Shown: positions 1-9,666, counted from the stretch's first letter. The stretch: DNA of 63,828 bases from a virus (IMGVR_UViG_3300015370_000015:1-63828), one strand, 5' to 3'. Notes: generated by a model from the sequence alone, not told the origin. Made by a program: numbers and translations.

Positions 1-83
1 CCATGCCATTGGCCATTGACGTTATAATTGATCCTACTTTTCAATTGACCATTTGACCAATATTCTTCTTTTGTTTCTGACAT
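1..83 (-). CDS. MORN-variant repeat protein (YwqK-like), 5' part only; runs off the window start
   Basis: Manual translation from ATG at 83 gives MSETKEEYWSNGQLKSRINYNVNGQWHG. This matches the YxxNGxxKxxxxYxxGxxxG MORN_2 pattern. A sigma70-like promoter lies just upstream. Confidence 0.65.
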   Translation of the reverse strand, partial: MSETKEEYWSNGQLKSRINYNVNGQWH

Positions 84-115
84 TGTTTTCTCTTGTGTTT
101 CTTGTCTCTACTTAA

Positions 116-144
116 AATGTAAGCATCATTTCATCACTTGTCAA
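116..144 (-). promoter_or_regulatory. sigma70-type promoter
   Basis: Minus strand TTGACA-17 nt-TACATT, 33 nt upstream of the ATG at 83. Confidence 0.6.
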
Positions 145-339
145 TCCCTTTTATATTCTGCTCTACAACAAAGTGGCCACTTGACATAAAATACCCACAT
201 TGCTCAATTTTCTTCACAATGCAATCAATGTTCTCTTTATCATCGTGAACATATGAAACCAAGTGACCTACTTTAAAGGCATGTTGTTTTTAATTCAACC
301 CCAAATTTTTAATTCTTAACTAAGAACTGATTATATTCT

Positions 340-870
340 TCAATCTTTTTTCTTTGTTGGAGATCCTGGCAAATAATCTACATGTACATAAACAACAGTT
401 TGAGTACTAGACGACACAACACAAATTACTGAATCACCAATCCAATATAATTTTTCATCCGATTCAGTCTCGCTATATGGTATTTCCCCAGTAGTTACAT
501 TTTCAATTATATATTTAGAATAATCTAAAAAATCCCACCTATTTTTAAATGTGATAGAAGTTAACCAAACAGTACTACAACTATTTTGTATAAAAACTCC
601 AATAGTTGTTGTATTTCTTTCGCAAAGCCAAAAAGTGTCATCTTCTGTTGGTTGACGATAAACTTGTTCGCAATTACAATCATTGCTTAAAAATTCCATT
701 ATTTTTGTTTGAGACATTTTTTTCCCTAAAATCAACCAAAAATCTGGTAATTTTTTAGAATCTGTTTTCACATCTTTTAATTCATCAATATTAGAATCCG
801 CAATTACCATTATTGGCAAAGCTAAAACCATTGTACAAAATAATATAACACTGGGCATTTTCTTAAACAT
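340..870 (-). CDS. hypothetical exported protein
   Basis: 176-aa ORF with a basic then hydrophobic N-terminus resembling a signal peptide. GGAGG RBS upstream. Confidence 0.65.
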   Translation of the reverse strand: MFKKMPSVILFCTMVLALPIMVIADSNIDELKDVKTDSKKLPDFWLILGKKMSQTKIMEFLSNDCNCEQVYRQPTEDDTFWLCERNTTTIGVFIQNSCSTVWLTSITFKNRWDFLDYSKYIIENVTTGEIPYSETESDEKLYWIGDSVICVVSSSTQTVVYVHVDYLPGSPTKKKD

Positions 871-960
871 AATGCAATCCTCCGAATTAATTTGAATGAT
901 AGGTATTTACTATCATAACAGCAACCAATGATAAAAAAATTAACACGATATCCATTTTTT

Positions 961-1179
961 TCAATCCTTGTTATTATTGACTCCTAATTCAATAACCAAA
1001 AAGTCATAAAGCTCTTTTTTATCTTCTATTATAAAGGTTTCAATAATTTTAATAAGTTGTTTGTGTGAACATTCTATGAGAGATATTCCAGAATCACAGT
1101 ATAGACAGCGAAGTGAGTTTTTCCCACAACAAATAGAACAAGTTACTTTGATGTAAAGAGTGTTTTTTGTGAGAGTCAT
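961..1179 (-). CDS. small Zn-finger-like hypothetical protein
   Basis: 72 aa with CSIC...CLYC pairs. AGGAG RBS. Confidence 0.6.
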   Translation of the reverse strand: MTLTKNTLYIKVTCSICCGKNSLRCLYCDSGISLIECSHKQLIKIIETFIIEDKKELYDFLVIELGVNNNKD

Positions 1180-1280
1180 AAACTATTAGCTCCTTTTGTA
1201 AATTTTAGTTAGAACAAAAAGAACCAATAGTCTTTGCAATTTGAAGTATTATAAAGACCGTTGATCTATTGACTCATTGG

Positions 1281-1685
1281 TCAATTTACTACAATATCAA
1301 TTTTTTCAAGCCGTTTCTCTTCTTTTTCCCGTTTTACGTCAATTTGTAGAACAGAGTTCTTAAAATTTGCATTCACGATAGAGTTTTCAGGCAATGTCCA
1401 ACTTTTAGATACTTCATTTTGTTTACAAAATGGATTTTGTTCAGACAAGTACTTGATTTCTAAAATGTTCTTCTCCAAATGAACATCAAATTCTTCTACT
1501 ATTGAACCAGGAATCCCAACCATGATACACCAACCTCTTTCATTGCTTTCTGTTTTAATTGATACTACAGAATTATCAATTGATTCTTTTTTCCTAAATG
1601 TTTCAGAAATCCAATTGTTCTCCAAAAATGACAAAATAAAATCCGAAAAATCAAATGGCAAATTGTTGTAGTGTGTTAACATCAT
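1281..1685 (-). CDS. small heat-shock protein (Hsp20/alpha-crystallin family)
   Basis: 134 aa. Alpha-crystallin-like core (xPG...V.L....L.I, W.LP...V.A.F.N.VL.I.V) and C-terminal I-x-I motif (KIDI). Confidence 0.75.
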   Translation of the reverse strand: MMLTHYNNLPFDFSDFILSFLENNWISETFRKKESIDNSVVSIKTESNERGWCIMVGIPGSIVEEFDVHLEKNILEIKYLSEQNPFCKQNEVSKSWTLPENSIVNANFKNSVLQIDVKREKEEKRLEKIDIVVN

Positions 1686-1780
1686 TTCTTTTCTCTCCTT
1701 TTGTTAAGTGTGTGGCCTTGTGACCTGTTAAACAAGTCATTTGATTTTAACTTAAACACATTTTAACAAAGTCAAGAAAA

Positions 1781-2113
1781 TTAATTTAAAAATTCAAAAT
1801 TAATATTATATTTTTTTAAATCTTCTTTATAAATTTCCAAAGAATCCAACATCCACTCTAATACATAAATTTGCTCATCGGTAATATCAGCATATTTTAG
1901 TATATTACCTTTGTCATCTTGGCCTTCAAACCATTCATCAATAACATTTATCAATCGATGGCAAATCGAAAAAATTTCACACAATATTATTGATAGATCA
2001 CGATTATAGTTTTCTGCAGTGATATAAAATCTCAATAGTTCCAACACTCTTTCGCTGTTAGAAAATACTATAGACTTTTGCAAAAAATTTAAGATTTCTT
2101 GTTTTTCTACCAT
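1781..2113 (-). CDS. hypothetical protein
   Basis: 110-aa ORF in tandem with its neighbours. Confidence 0.6.
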   Translation of the reverse strand: MVEKQEILNFLQKSIVFSNSERVLELLRFYITAENYNRDLSIILCEIFSICHRLINVIDEWFEGQDDKGNILKYADITDEQIYVLEWMLDSLEIYKEDLKKYNINFEFLN

Positions 2114-2601
2114 GGTACACCTGCTGCTTTTTTAACATAATCAAAGATACATTTTTTCATCTGATTATTCCAATATTTTTCATTTATTTCAATATCCAAA
2201 GCTTTCGCCAATTCTTTGCCTTTGTCCCAAGCCCTTATTTCATCAATTAATTCATCCGTTCTATCACGCCAATTTCTCATTCTCTGTGGAATCTTAAATG
2301 GATCTCTTTGAGCACATATTATAATGTGACCAGATTCATGAAGGAATGTGTGTAATCTTGATCTAAAATTTTGATACGAATTCAAAGAGATAACCAAGTG
2401 GTCCTTTAATAGAAAAATGCAATTCTCTCCATCTACTGATTCTTCCAAAACAAGAGAATATTTTGGCGGCAATATAGCCTCCAAGTAATCAAAAATTTTC
2501 TTTTTGTCTTGTTCCCATTTTTCTTTTGAATCAATGGGTGATAACTGAGAATTGCTTTTTGCTGTGCTGTTTAGTTCTATCATATAATAAATAGAATTCA
2601 A
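2107..2601 (-). CDS. putative Zn metallopeptidase (ImmA/IrrE-like HExxH)
   Basis: FLHESGH motif followed by DEIRAW (third-ligand Glu). Confidence 0.6.
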   Translation of the reverse strand: MNSIYYMIELNSTAKSNSQLSPIDSKEKWEQDKKKIFDYLEAILPPKYSLVLEESVDGENCIFLLKDHLVISLNSYQNFRSRLHTFLHESGHIIICAQRDPFKIPQRMRNWRDRTDELIDEIRAWDKGKELAKALDIEINEKYWNNQMKKCIFDYVKKAAGVPW

Positions 2602-2624
2602 TATTCTATTTAGAATAGATATGT

Positions 2625-2972
2625 TTAAAGTTTTTCAGATTTTTCAGGCTTTGTGGCTCCTGGTCTAAAATTATAAAGTGGACAGCCAGGCTTTAATGTG
2701 GTCCAAGTATCTTTGGTTAGCTGAAAAGAACTACAATCTTTCGGGTTTAGTTCATAGCCATGACAATGCCAACAAAATGCTTGTATGGCTTTCTTGTAAG
2801 TTGTACAATCCCAATAAATTTTCTTATCTTTTACTTTCCATCCTTTGATTGCGCTTGCTTGTATTGCTTTGCTTATTTTTTTCTTCTTTTTTGTCTTAGT
2901 AGTCTTAGTTACCTTAGTGGTCTTGGTTTTCTCTTTTGCATTAGCGCGTGTTTTTACGTTTGTTCCAAGCAT
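2625..2972 (-). CDS. basic hypothetical protein with Cys cluster
   Basis: K/T-rich N-terminus and AIQAFCWHCHG...C...CPLYNFR. GAGG RBS. Confidence 0.65.
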   Translation of the reverse strand: MLGTNVKTRANAKEKTKTTKVTKTTKTKKKKKISKAIQASAIKGWKVKDKKIYWDCTTYKKAIQAFCWHCHGYELNPKDCSSFQLTKDTWTTLKPGCPLYNFRPGATKPEKSEKL

Positions 2973-2988
2973 AATTCACCTCTTTTTA

Positions 2989-3270
2989 TTAGTCTTGAGC
3001 AAGAAGACAATTGATCTTTTCGAGAATATTAGATTCATGATCTGCAATTGAAAACTCTTTACCATGCTGAGAATATAAAACACCAACTCTAAAAAATTCA
3101 ACATTTCTATTCAATTTTTCTACTAATGGTTTTACTTGGTGCCTTTTTTTTAAACCAACATCAGGCACAATATACACAATACTATTAATGTTTAAAAATA
3201 TTTTTCTCAAAGAGAATTCATTTTCATCATATGAAAAACCTTTAAGTATTTCGCAAAATTCTACTATCAT
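2989..3270 (-). CDS. hypothetical protein
   Basis: Track ORF 2989..3369. The likely start is ATG 3270 (MIVEF), preceded by GGAG. Confidence 0.55.
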   Translation of the reverse strand: MIVEFCEILKGFSYDENEFSLRKIFLNINSIVYIVPDVGLKKRHQVKPLVEKLNRNVEFFRVGVLYSQHGKEFSIADHESNILEKINCLLAQD

Positions 3271-3532
3271 AATTTCTCCTATTCTGTGTGTAGTTTTCTT
3301 CACATTTTGCAATAAAATTAGATTTAACATAAACCAACGAACCATCAACCAACAAAGAACAAAAATCATTTGAAAATAAATTTAAAAATATACCCACTCT
3401 TGAAACACCATATTGATAACATTTCTTGAAATATGAAAAAGTATTATCTAAACCATTAATTGGTAATTCCCATAAAACAGTGTGTGCCGGAACATGAACC
3501 AAATCACCAGCTTGTAAATTTTTAATTTCCAT
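3242..3532 (-). CDS. hypothetical small SH3/KOW-like protein
   Basis: Likely start MEIKNLQAGDLVHV. Overlaps the stop of the upstream gene. Confidence 0.55.
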   Translation of the reverse strand: MEIKNLQAGDLVHVPAHTVLWELPINGLDNTFSYFKKCYQYGVSRVGIFLNLFSNDFCSLLVDGSLVYVKSNFIAKCEENYTQNRRNYDSRILRNT

Positions 3533-3821
3533 CTTGTTCTTCTTTTTTTTCAATATCTTTAAATTGAGAAATCAAAACTTTAATATCAGTCAAGCCAATA
3601 AAAGCATTATTAAGTTCATTTTCAAAATCAGCAATGCAGTCCAAAGCATTATTCCAATTTCTTTCTTTTAAATCGCTTTTCCAATCAGGTTCCTTCAACA
3701 ATAAATAAGAAAATTTTCTAGCGACGCCTTCCATTAAAAAAGAAATCACATTTGGTATTTCATCAACGTTCATCGAAAATGAGACTGTAGCCATTTTATT
3801 TTGTAATGAATCATCTTTCAA
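3522..3821 (-). CDS. hypothetical protein
   Basis: 99 aa with a GGAGGTG RBS before the TTG start. Confidence 0.6.
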   Translation of the reverse strand: MKDDSLQNKMATVSFSMNVDEIPNVISFLMEGVARKFSYLLLKEPDWKSDLKERNWNNALDCIADFENELNNAFIGLTDIKVLISQFKDIEKKEEQDGN

Positions 3822-3833
3822 GATATCACCTCC

Positions 3834-4025
3834 CTATTCGAAGTAAATCATATCACCATTACGAGCCAATATAATTTTATCATGTTTTGCCAAAAATATT
3901 TGATACTTATAATAATCTGCATTGTTTACAATATTTATAATTACACCAATTGAATTATAATAAAATGAAAATATCCTCTTGTAGATAACCAGATCGCCTA
4001 TTTCAAATTGACCTTGTAGTTGCAT
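3834..4025 (-). CDS. hypothetical small SH3/KOW-like protein
   Basis: 63 aa, FEIGDLVIY...IGVII pattern. First gene after the promoter at 4055-4082. Confidence 0.55.
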   Translation of the reverse strand: MQLQGQFEIGDLVIYKRIFSFYYNSIGVIINIVNNADYYKYQIFLAKHDKIILARNGDMIYFE

Positions 4026-4054
4026 AATCTAGCCTGTCTCAGTCTCTTATTTAA

Positions 4055-4082
4055 AATATAGTCATTAATATACATTAGTCAA
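4055..4082 (-). promoter_or_regulatory. sigma70-type promoter
   Basis: Minus strand TTGACT-16 nt-TATATT in the intergenic region. Confidence 0.5.
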
Positions 4083-4123
4083 TAGCTTTCAAATTTTATT
4101 TCCCACCTAAATTAGTTGTTAGA

Positions 4124-4468
4124 TTAAATACCAGTTGTGCAACTTATCAACTTGACCAGCAAGGCAGCTAGTGCGGCAGCACCTGTCATACCAGCAGCAT
4201 ATTTCATAATGCCAGATATTCCCAAACGATTGTTTATAATACTTTTTCCCTGTTCTTTTACTTCATTTTCGTGTTTATCGGATCTTTTTTCGAGCGTTTC
4301 AACTCTTGGTATTAATGATTGGACTTGTGGTTCTATTTGGTCTAGTTTGTTACTTTGTTTGTCCAAGGTCTTACCAAATATATCTTGTGTTGTTTCAATA
4401 CGCACAACTGAATCACGAACAAACTGTAAGTCACTAAATAACCTAGTTTTTTCTTCTTTGTCAAGCAT
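4124..4468 (-). CDS. coiled-coil protein with C-terminal membrane anchor (XhlA/holin-like candidate)
   Basis: Heptad-like middle and hydrophobic C-terminus (YAAGMTGAAALAALLVKLI). Preceded by the putative late motif. Confidence 0.5.
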   Translation of the reverse strand: MLDKEEKTRLFSDLQFVRDSVVRIETTQDIFGKTLDKQSNKLDQIEPQVQSLIPRVETLEKRSDKHENEVKEQGKSIINNRLGISGIMKYAAGMTGAAALAALLVKLISCTTGI

Positions 4469-4498
4469 GTAGTAAGAATTCCTGTGTGCCTATAATAA

Positions 4499-6082
4499 TT
4501 AGTTTTCAACTTCAGAAATGGCATAATTTGCTGTAATTAAAGTAGAAACAGACGAAACAGCGTTAACCAAAGCTACCCTAGTTACTTTGAATGGATCTAT
4601 AATACCAGATGAGAACATATCTTTCAACTCTCCATCTTTAAAATCGCATCCCAACGTATAATCACTATTCTTAATTTGTTCTAATAAAACATCTGCACTC
4701 AAATCAGAATTAATAGCCATTTGTCTAAATGGTGCCTCGCAAGCAGACTTGATAATTTTGATTCCCAATTTCAAACTTTCATAATCTTGCTCGTTGCATT
4801 CAAGTTGCGTTTGAGCCTTTAGAAGTGCTAGACCACCACCTGGAAGTATTCCTTCATCTTGCGCTGCTTTAACAGCTAACAAAGCATCTTCAACTCTATG
4901 TTTCTTTTCAATCACTTCTATTTCTGTTGATCCACCAATTGATATAACTGCTACACTAGATGATAATCTTGCAATACGTTTTGAAATCCTTTCGCATTCG
5001 TTCAAGTCATCTGTTTTACTCATTGCTGCCTTAAGTGCTTCTATTTTATTATCTATTGTTTCCCAATCACATTTACCACCAACAATAATTGTTGATACTT
5101 TCGACGCTTCAATGGTCTTTGCGTTCCCAAAATCTGAAAATTCAAAATCACGTAATGTTTTTCCACTATTGCGCGATATAAAATTTGCATTTACTGATAA
5201 CGCTAAATCTGATAAAACTTGCAATCTCTCTTCACCATAACAAGGTGCTTTAATAGCAGATACTCTCATGGAACCACGATACACATTAGCAACCAATGCT
5301 GCTAATGCTTGTCCAACTACATCTTCTGCGATAATTACCAATGGTCTGCCGTCTCTAGCTGCTGGCTCTAATATTGATTGTAAAATTTCATCTAAAAACT
5401 CTATCTTGTGATCTGTTACTAAAATCAATGGATTGTCATATTGCATCAAACTTCTTGATTCATTTGTTATAAAGGCAGATGCTATTAAGCCAGAATCAAA
5501 TTGGAATCCTTCTATTATACTCAGTACGGTATTCAAGGAGCGTGAATCTTCAATTGTAATTGCACCATTTTTCCCTATTTTATCAACGGCTTCAGCAATT
5601 AATTTACCTATCTCTGGATCATTATTAGCCGAAATAGCTGCTATGTACTCTATTTCTTTAAGAGATTCAACTTTCTTTACTTGTAGACTTAATTGTTCAA
5701 CTAGTAAATCAAGAGCCTTTTGCATACTTCTTTGAATTATAGTAGAATTATACCCAGCTGCCAAATACTTTTGTGCTTCTGTTAACATAGTATGCGATAA
5801 AACTATTGATGTAGTTGTGCCATCACCAGCCATTGTATTTGTTTTTTCAGCTGCTTGTTTCAAAATTTGAACAGCCGCATTTTCAAATGGATCATCAAGT
5901 GACACAAATTTTGCAACTGTAACCCCATCCTTTGTTATAATTGGATTGCCATTTTTACTTATCAAAATAACATTTTGTCCCTTTGGGCCTAATGTATTTG
6001 CGACATTGTCTTTAAGAATTTTGGAGCCATTTGATAATTTTTGGAAAAGCTGTTGATTGGTAAGATATAATTTGCGTAACAT
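4499..6082 (-). CDS. groEL: chaperonin GroEL (phage-encoded)
   Basis: TLGPKG, ITKDGVTVAK, AGDGTTT, EGFQFD, GILPGGG and GIIDPFKV motifs. No C-terminal GGM tail. Confidence 0.97.
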   Translation of the reverse strand: MLRKLYLTNQQLFQKLSNGSKILKDNVANTLGPKGQNVILISKNGNPIITKDGVTVAKFVSLDDPFENAAVQILKQAAEKTNTMAGDGTTTSIVLSHTMLTEAQKYLAAGYNSTIIQRSMQKALDLLVEQLSLQVKKVESLKEIEYIAAISANNDPEIGKLIAEAVDKIGKNGAITIEDSRSLNTVLSIIEGFQFDSGLIASAFITNESRSLMQYDNPLILVTDHKIEFLDEILQSILEPAARDGRPLVIIAEDVVGQALAALVANVYRGSMRVSAIKAPCYGEERLQVLSDLALSVNANFISRNSGKTLRDFEFSDFGNAKTIEASKVSTIIVGGKCDWETIDNKIEALKAAMSKTDDLNECERISKRIARLSSSVAVISIGGSTEIEVIEKKHRVEDALLAVKAAQDEGILPGGGLALLKAQTQLECNEQDYESLKLGIKIIKSACEAPFRQMAINSDLSADVLLEQIKNSDYTLGCDFKDGELKDMFSSGIIDPFKVTRVALVNAVSSVSTLITANYAISEVEN

Positions 6083-6099
6083 TACCCCTCCATCTAATA

Positions 6100-7452
6100 T
6101 TAATTTACTTTTTCCTCATGTTTTTTGATTTCAGAACTTAAATTCTCAGCAGATTCTATTGCTTTCAAACCATTATCTTTTTGGTTTGCGAAGAAATATT
6201 TATTAATGTGGTTTGTCAACTCATTTAAGTGTTTAAATATATCAAAAATTTGTTGTTCTAATTTGCTAGCGTATTTTTCCGCCAATTGATGTATACTATC
6301 CTTCTCAAGTTTTATCTCACCTAAATATTCGAACTCTCTGGAATAAAAATTATAAGATATGAAAAATTTTGATTTGATACTATCGCCTTTGAAGCCAGCC
6401 GTTTGACTCATTAATCCCCAAAATTCGCTTTCGCTGCGCTTCAAGGCATTGCTTAGTAAAGTTATTGATTTTTGTGGACTTAAGTAATTTTTAATTCGCT
6501 TTTTCTTAATGTCAACGTCTTTGTAAGCTTTATCAAATTTTATATCCTCACCTTTTGCATCAATGATTTTTGTTCCATCTATTTTCAAACCTTCGATATA
6601 GTCTTTGACATGTTGTAAGCCAACTTTGTTGTAAAACTGTTTTAATAATTTATATATTTCTTGATGGGTTTTTTCAACCTTAGCTAATTCTTTGTTGGAA
6701 AACGAAACACTAATTTTCTCATGAGAAAATTCACTTGTTTCTTCAACATCATCAGGTAACAACAAAAGTGGTATATTTTTTTTTGTTTCCGATAATAAAA
6801 TCTGTAGAAAATTTTGTGCAGTAAAATCTAACTGATAAAACTTTATCCCAGTTGGTTTTTGTGCCGTACCTGTCTTTAAACACGCTAAGTAAGTTATTTT
6901 ACCGCCTGTGCCTGATTTTGGATCAACAAAATGATTTACTAAGCTATTAAACGAGCCTTCAATATATGCTTTATTTTTTTCTGTGAGCAACTTTAAACTT
7001 ATTGGCTTATCGTCGGCGTCAATAATATCTTGAATGCTGCCAGCCCCAACAGGAATTTGTTGCCCTTCAAACAAAGCTGCTAAAAATGCTTCAAATGTAA
7101 ACCCAGCTGCAGAAGGCTGAAAATGATTTAAAATATTTGTCATTATATCCAATAAAAGAATGTGTGACAGCACCTTGGCCATAGATACATTTTCTGCCGG
7201 TGGATCACTGACAAATTTACTTATTGCTTGTATACGTTCCGATACTGATTCATATTGACCAAGTGAAGACAACAATCCTTTCAATGCTTCTCTGTCGCCA
7301 GTTCCTATTTTTCCAATTGCTTCTGTTATTTTAATAATTGGCATAGTAACTTCAAACTGCTGTTTTTCTGTGTCTTGCTCTTTTAATAAATCCATTTGGT
7401 GTTCAACTAATCGCAAAAGCTCTTTGAACATTATCTTATTTGTATTTGACAT
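6100..7452 (-). CDS. hypothetical protein, possible PD-(D/E)xK nuclease fold
   Basis: 450 aa. The pattern AAGFTFEAFL...IQDII...PISLKLL resembles a restriction-endonuclease-like catalytic core. Confidence 0.45.
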   Translation of the reverse strand: MSNTNKIMFKELLRLVEHQMDLLKEQDTEKQQFEVTMPIIKITEAIGKIGTGDREALKGLLSSLGQYESVSERIQAISKFVSDPPAENVSMAKVLSHILLLDIMTNILNHFQPSAAGFTFEAFLAALFEGQQIPVGAGSIQDIIDADDKPISLKLLTEKNKAYIEGSFNSLVNHFVDPKSGTGGKITYLACLKTGTAQKPTGIKFYQLDFTAQNFLQILLSETKKNIPLLLLPDDVEETSEFSHEKISVSFSNKELAKVEKTHQEIYKLLKQFYNKVGLQHVKDYIEGLKIDGTKIIDAKGEDIKFDKAYKDVDIKKKRIKNYLSPQKSITLLSNALKRSESEFWGLMSQTAGFKGDSIKSKFFISYNFYSREFEYLGEIKLEKDSIHQLAEKYASKLEQQIFDIFKHLNELTNHINKYFFANQKDNGLKAIESAENLSSEIKKHEEKVN

Positions 7453-7454
7453 TA

Positions 7455-8381
7455 TTAAATACCTAATTCTTTTTTTGTTTCTACCAAAAGTTTTACCAAA
7501 TCTAAACCAGCACAGTCAATTTTATTTCTAGTTAAATGGTAATGGCAACAAACACCAGAAAATTTATTTTCTAAAATTGGTTTATATACTCCAGTTATTA
7601 ACTGACCTTTAGAATCCATTGGACACTCAAGAGGCAACCCAAATTCAAGATGCAACACTTTCAATAATTGCTTATAAGCTGCCAACTGAACATCATAGTA
7701 TCCCAAATGTTCACCTAGCTTAACATTATGAATTGTTGAGTTCATAATGGGCCTAGAACCAAAACCCTTTTTTTCGTAATAGTTTTGATATTTCATATAA
7801 TAAGCATTAGAAAAATCGATACCTACACTTCTTCTATTAATTTTTGAATTACCAGCATGCCAGGCTATATCATTTAAATCAACCATTTGATAAATTGTGC
7901 CATCATTATCAATATTGAAGTGTGTAGATATCTTACGTTTTTCTAAAATAGAATGACACGCTCTTGCTGATAATGTTGCATCCCAATGCGTAACAACAAG
8001 ATCAATTTTCCTTTTACCATCAGGACGCGAAAAGTCAGAAAGAACTAACGCGTCAGAGTGTAAAAGGCCAATTAATTGATTATGTCCATCAGGCAAAAAA
8101 AGTTTCTTATCTAAACAAGTTATGTAATTCTTTAAAGTGTGTGGATACTTATTCTCTAAAGACAACAAGTTTAATTCGTAATTTGCCTGTTGTTCCGACG
8201 CTAATCTTGTGTAAGTAGAAGGCCCCAACAAACCATCAATCTTTAGATTGTATTTTTTTTGAAATACTTCAATAGCTTGAATCAGGTTTTCATTAAATTC
8301 ATCACACCCAAGCCAAGATGGTTTCCACCCAAGTTTTTCTGAACTAGCTACGTTGTAAAATATTTTGTCTTCAATTTTCAT
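7455..8381 (-). CDS. endolysin: N-terminal peptidoglycan-binding domain plus N-acetylmuramoyl-L-alanine amidase (Amidase_2)
   Basis: PG_binding_1 motif AIEVFQKKYNLKIDGLLGPST. Amidase motifs VVTHW, STHFNID.DG.IYQ, AWHAG, N..SVGID and H.....K.DC. Confidence 0.88.
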   Translation of the reverse strand: MKIEDKIFYNVASSEKLGWKPSWLGCDEFNENLIQAIEVFQKKYNLKIDGLLGPSTYTRLASEQQANYELNLLSLENKYPHTLKNYITCLDKKLFLPDGHNQLIGLLHSDALVLSDFSRPDGKRKIDLVVTHWDATLSARACHSILEKRKISTHFNIDNDGTIYQMVDLNDIAWHAGNSKINRRSVGIDFSNAYYMKYQNYYEKKGFGSRPIMNSTIHNVKLGEHLGYYDVQLAAYKQLLKVLHLEFGLPLECPMDSKGQLITGVYKPILENKFSGVCCHYHLTRNKIDCAGLDLVKLLVETKKELGI

Positions 8382-9027
8382 GTGGGTCTTCCAAGATATT
8401 TTTAATTTCTATAAAATCTGTTGGCAAATTAGTGGTTTGAGCTATTAGTTGATAAAAGAATTTACCAAACTTCTTTTTTAAATATTTACTAAACGGAAAC
8501 ATCCAATAATATGAGCCAGTTGTAAAATTTTCAACAATGTATTCAATGTTGGCACGACTTTTCAACAACCAATATGTTGAAGCTATTGACATTTTATATG
8601 CCTCATATTCAAAATATGCACGAAGACTTGGTAAAGGCAATAAAAAAATCAAAAAAAGCAAAAACCATAAATTCCAAATTGCCCCAATTGCGCCCAATGC
8701 CAATATTTGTGGGAAAAGATACAAAAAGCAAAACGGAATACCTTTCCAGCCTTGCATTTGTCTTAAATGAATATATTCATGTGCAAGTACACTACATGCC
8801 CCAATTGGATCATTTGGTTTCCAAGGTAACTCACTAACGTATATTTTAGAAAGTATTGTGGTTGTAAACTTAGTCATAAATGTTTTATTAAAAAACAAAA
8901 TAGTTGCAATTGTTTTCATCAAAAAACTTTTGCGTTTATCTTTTATTTCAAACCCATTAATTTTATTTAATATAAAAGATTCTAAGAGAAGACGTTTTTT
9001 GTGAAAATTTTCATAATTAAGGTCCAT
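8371..9027 (-). CDS. membrane-anchored HExxH metalloprotease-like protein
   Basis: LAHEYIHLRQ, then a long hydrophobic segment, then RAYFEYEAY. Confidence 0.55.
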   Translation of the reverse strand: MDLNYENFHKKRLLLESFILNKINGFEIKDKRKSFLMKTIATILFFNKTFMTKFTTTILSKIYVSELPWKPNDPIGACSVLAHEYIHLRQMQGWKGIPFCFLYLFPQILALGAIGAIWNLWFLLFLIFLLPLPSLRAYFEYEAYKMSIASTYWLLKSRANIEYIVENFTTGSYYWMFPFSKYLKKKFGKFFYQLIAQTTNLPTDFIEIKNILEDPHEN

Positions 9028-9048
9028 TTTGAATTATTTTCCATTGTT

Positions 9049-9666
9049 TTAAGCTTTTACTAATCTAGCTGCTACTCTTTTAACAAGGCGTTCAAGCATA
9101 AACTCAGCCAATTCTTTGTCAAGTTCTTCATCTTCGTCACCAAGTTCCATATCTAGCTCTTCATCGCCAGGCTCCATTGTACCCAATTCATTATCTAAAG
9201 CAGGTTCTTCCACTTCGGCTGGTTCGCCAGATGGTTCTTCTTCTACACTAACGCTAATGCCAGTAACGCTTTCAATTGCAGCAGCAACCTTTTCGGCAAG
9301 CTTAGCAGCAAGATCTTCAATCTCTTGCTCTTCACCAGCTTCAAATTCTTCTTCACCAGCTTCAAATTCTTCTTCACCAGCTTCAAATTCTTCTTCGCCA
9401 GCTTCAAATTCTTCTTCGCCAGCTTCAAATTCTTCTTCGCCAGCTTCAAATTCTTCTTCGCCAGCTTCAAATTCTTTTCTGGCTTCGGCTTCTAGCAATT
9501 CACTCTTGAATACAAAGCCTCTTCCGTCTTGAGATTCAGTTAAATATTTATTTTTAAAACTATTTGAAACAGTGTTATTATCAATTTTAGCTATTTCCCA
9601 AAACCGCTTAATAAGCTTAGCTCTTTCTTTATCTGCAAAATTATCTAACGAAGGCTTCTTTCTCAT
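9049..9666 (-). CDS. acidic low-complexity protein (possible head internal/scaffold-like protein)
   Basis: Very Glu-rich, with 7 x EFEAGEE and a basic amphipathic C-terminus. AGGAG RBS and late motif upstream. Confidence 0.7.
   Translation of the reverse strand: MRKKPSLDNFADKERAKLIKRFWEIAKIDNNTVSNSFKNKYLTESQDGRGFVFKSELLEAEARKEFEAGEEEFEAGEEEFEAGEEEFEAGEEEFEAGEEEFEAGEEEFEAGEEQEIEDLAAKLAEKVAAAIESVTGISVSVEEEPSGEPAEVEEPALDNELGTMEPGDEELDMELGDEDEELDKELAEFMLERLVKRVAARLVKA
9329..9475. repeat. 21-bp tandem repeat x7 (TCTTCRCCAGCTTCAAATTCT)
   Basis: Seven consecutive units, three with A and four with G at the variable position. They encode EFEAGEE in frame. Confidence 0.95.

Noticed and set aside
134-298. 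Start-less frame KQHAFKVGHLVSYVHDD...IKGIDK resembling the small SH3-like genes
   Set aside because: An in-frame TAA at 290-292 follows the only upstream TTG. It may be a decayed gene or a sequencing error, but it cannot be supported as a CDS.
1721-1739. Hairpin upstream of Hsp20 as a CIRCE element or RNA thermometer
   Set aside because: It does not match CIRCE (TTAGCACTC-N9-GAGTGCTAA) and does not sequester the RBS. Its function cannot be supported.
9329-9475. Possible CRISPR array
   Set aside because: The 21-bp units are contiguous with no spacers and lie in frame within a CDS. No cas genes are present.
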